A DNA stretch of 53,464 bases, filler included, from Basidioascus undulatus (lineage: Eukaryota): the NCBI GenBank assembly GCA_000826855.1. It is 3 parts of 3 records of this genome, joined end to end, with 100 filler letters (N's around TTAATTAATTAA, not from the genome) between each part and the next. Parts side by side here need not be neighbours in the genome. Positions count along the whole stretch, not along the records: positions 36,981 to 53,464 come from JTLS01000847.1; 2 more parts are not named here. The stretch is one strand, 5' to 3'. Both the position numbers and the translations under genes were made by a program. Positions 51,946 to 53,464 of the stretch are shown here, in pieces (positions within the stretch are counted from its first letter, which is position 1; every line of letters begins with the position of its first letter). The notes beneath the pieces were generated by a model that ran no database searches, was not told the DNA's origin, and saw only the letters and a program-made list of their open reading frames with translations.

Positions 51946-53464
51946 TCAGCCAGCCCTCCCCTTCCCCTTCCCCCGTCTCGGCACGCTCAACCCCAACCCC
52001 AACTCCTCCTCGCGCTCCTCCTCCCGCTCCCGCAGCGCGACCGCCGCCGCCGTCAGGCTGCCTGCGCCTTGCGCGCCCGTGGAGGGGAGGGGGAACGTGT
52101 CTGCGAGGGTGGAGAGGAACATTTCGTTCCTCGGCGTCGTCGCGTCTTGCAGGGAGGAGGCGGCGAAGTCGCGCGGCGAGCGCGTGGTCGGGATGGGCGC
52201 GGAGGAGGAAGGCCCGTTAGAGACGGTGAGGGTCGAGGGGGTGAGCGTGTCGTTCGCGCCTGCTGCGGAGGCGTCGCCGTCCGACACCGCCGCACTAGAC
52301 GCCGAGTCATCCTCCACAAGCTCCTCTTCCTCCTCCTCCTCCTCCTCCACATCCCGCATCCCCCTCAAAACGTCCTCACCCTCGCCGTCCCGCATCCCCT
52401 CCGCGACGACCATCCGCGTCTCGCTCTCGGGGAGCTGCGCCGGGGGTGGTTGGGGCGGGTTCAGGCTCAGTCGGCGCAGGGAGGCCGTCTCGACGTCGAC
52501 CTCGACGTCCTCCTCGAGGTCGGCGAACGTCCGGCAGAGCGGGCAGCAGAAGCCCGGATAGTGCTGCGCCAGGAGGGGCCGGATGCACTTGTAGTGGAAG
52601 ACGTGCGAGCAGGGCGCGATGAAGAGCGATTGGCAGACGGTCACAGAGAAGAGGCCTGCGCGCGACCCGAAGGGGAGCAATCAGCCTCCGAGCCCCAGTG
52701 CAAGTTTGCCGAGAAGGGGAGGAGGAGGGGGACACCCACAGATGCAGCAGTCCGTTATGGACGCCTTTTGAGCGGCGGGAGCGGCCGCAGCGGCGGCAGT
52801 CTTCTTCGCCGCCTCTGCAGCGGCCGCACCCTCGGGCGCAGGTCCGACATCGCTGACGCCGAGGTTCCGAAGCTGGTTCAGAGCCTGGGTGCTGTCCAAC
52901 GCCCAACCCACCCCAATCAGTTCCCCATCCTCATCCTCACACGCTTCCTTCGCCCCCGATTATCCCTCCAAAAAGCTAAGAAAAAGTGGGAGGGAAAAAA
53001 AGGAGAAGAAAATAAGGAGAAGGAGGAGGGTGGGGTCTGAACTCACTTGTAAGCGTTCCTCCCCCTCTGCCAGTCCCTCCCCCTCCCCACCTCAACGCGC
53101 ATCTTGACGCAGCGGTAGATCTCCTCCGTCCCGCCCTGGTAGTCCACCCCGAGCTGGACGACGTCCCCGTCCTTGAGCGGGAACGGCTTGGACGCGACGC
53201 CGGGCGAGGACAGCCGGATGTGGTTCAGGAACGTGCCGGAGGAGGAGGAGGTGTCGCGGATGAAGAACTGCGAACACCACACCCACAGTGGTCAGCCTTC
53301 TTCTCTTCGTGTTTTTAGGGAAAGGAAAGCAGGAGGAAGAGGAAGAGATGAGGGAGGGGAAGAGGAAACGCACCTTCCCGTCCTCCTCGACCCAAACCTC
53401 CGCATGCCCCCTGCTCACAACCTTACTCTTAAACGCGACCTTCGCGCTGCCCCAACCCCCTCCC
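51946..53464 (-). CDS. FHA-RING E3 ubiquitin ligase (Dma1/Dma2-like), 5' end outside the window
   Basis: FHA region KSKVVSRGHAEVW|FFIRDTSSSSGTFLNHIRL...QLGVDYQGG, and RING-H2 region DCCIC|...APCSHVFHYKCIRP...CPLCRTFADLE. Confidence 0.92.

Noticed and set aside
51646..53040. 464 aa and 266 aa plus-strand ORFs
   Set aside because: They are antisense shadows of the GC-rich Dma1-like gene.

Overview
This window is a concatenation of fungal contigs (probably basidiomycete), not one locus. Two artificial N44-TTAATTAATTAA-N44 linkers (21856-21955, 36881-36980) separate three blocks. Block 1 (1-21855) is mitochondrial DNA of roughly balanced GC content: cox1 with three group I introns, cob with two, atp6, rns, rps3, nad2-nad3, the 3' end of cox3 and five tRNAs. 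Block 2 (21956-36880) is nuclear: ADP/ATP carrier, tRNA-Lys(CUU), a glutaredoxin-like gene and small hypothetical genes. Block 3 starts as mitochondrial DNA (36981-~40486, four tRNAs). It then switches without a gap to nuclear DNA: a truncated SET/MYND gene, a DCN1 5' half joined to a PSST/NDUFS7 3' half, DUF6535-like and kinase pseudogenes, and a Dma1-like FHA-RING ligase. Three things stand out in the mtDNA. First, a dyad motif ATYGT-N3-ACRAT recurs at least nine times and in several cases lies about 10 bp upstream of a gene-oriented TAWAGG box, suggesting a bipartite mitochondrial promoter/operator. Second, a modular family of short palindromic repeats and long A/T hairpins fills the spacers, has disrupted the intronic homing endonucleases and has inserted in frame into rps3. 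Third, an ORF-less group I intron sits very early in cox1. All coordinates were read by eye and no database searches were run.
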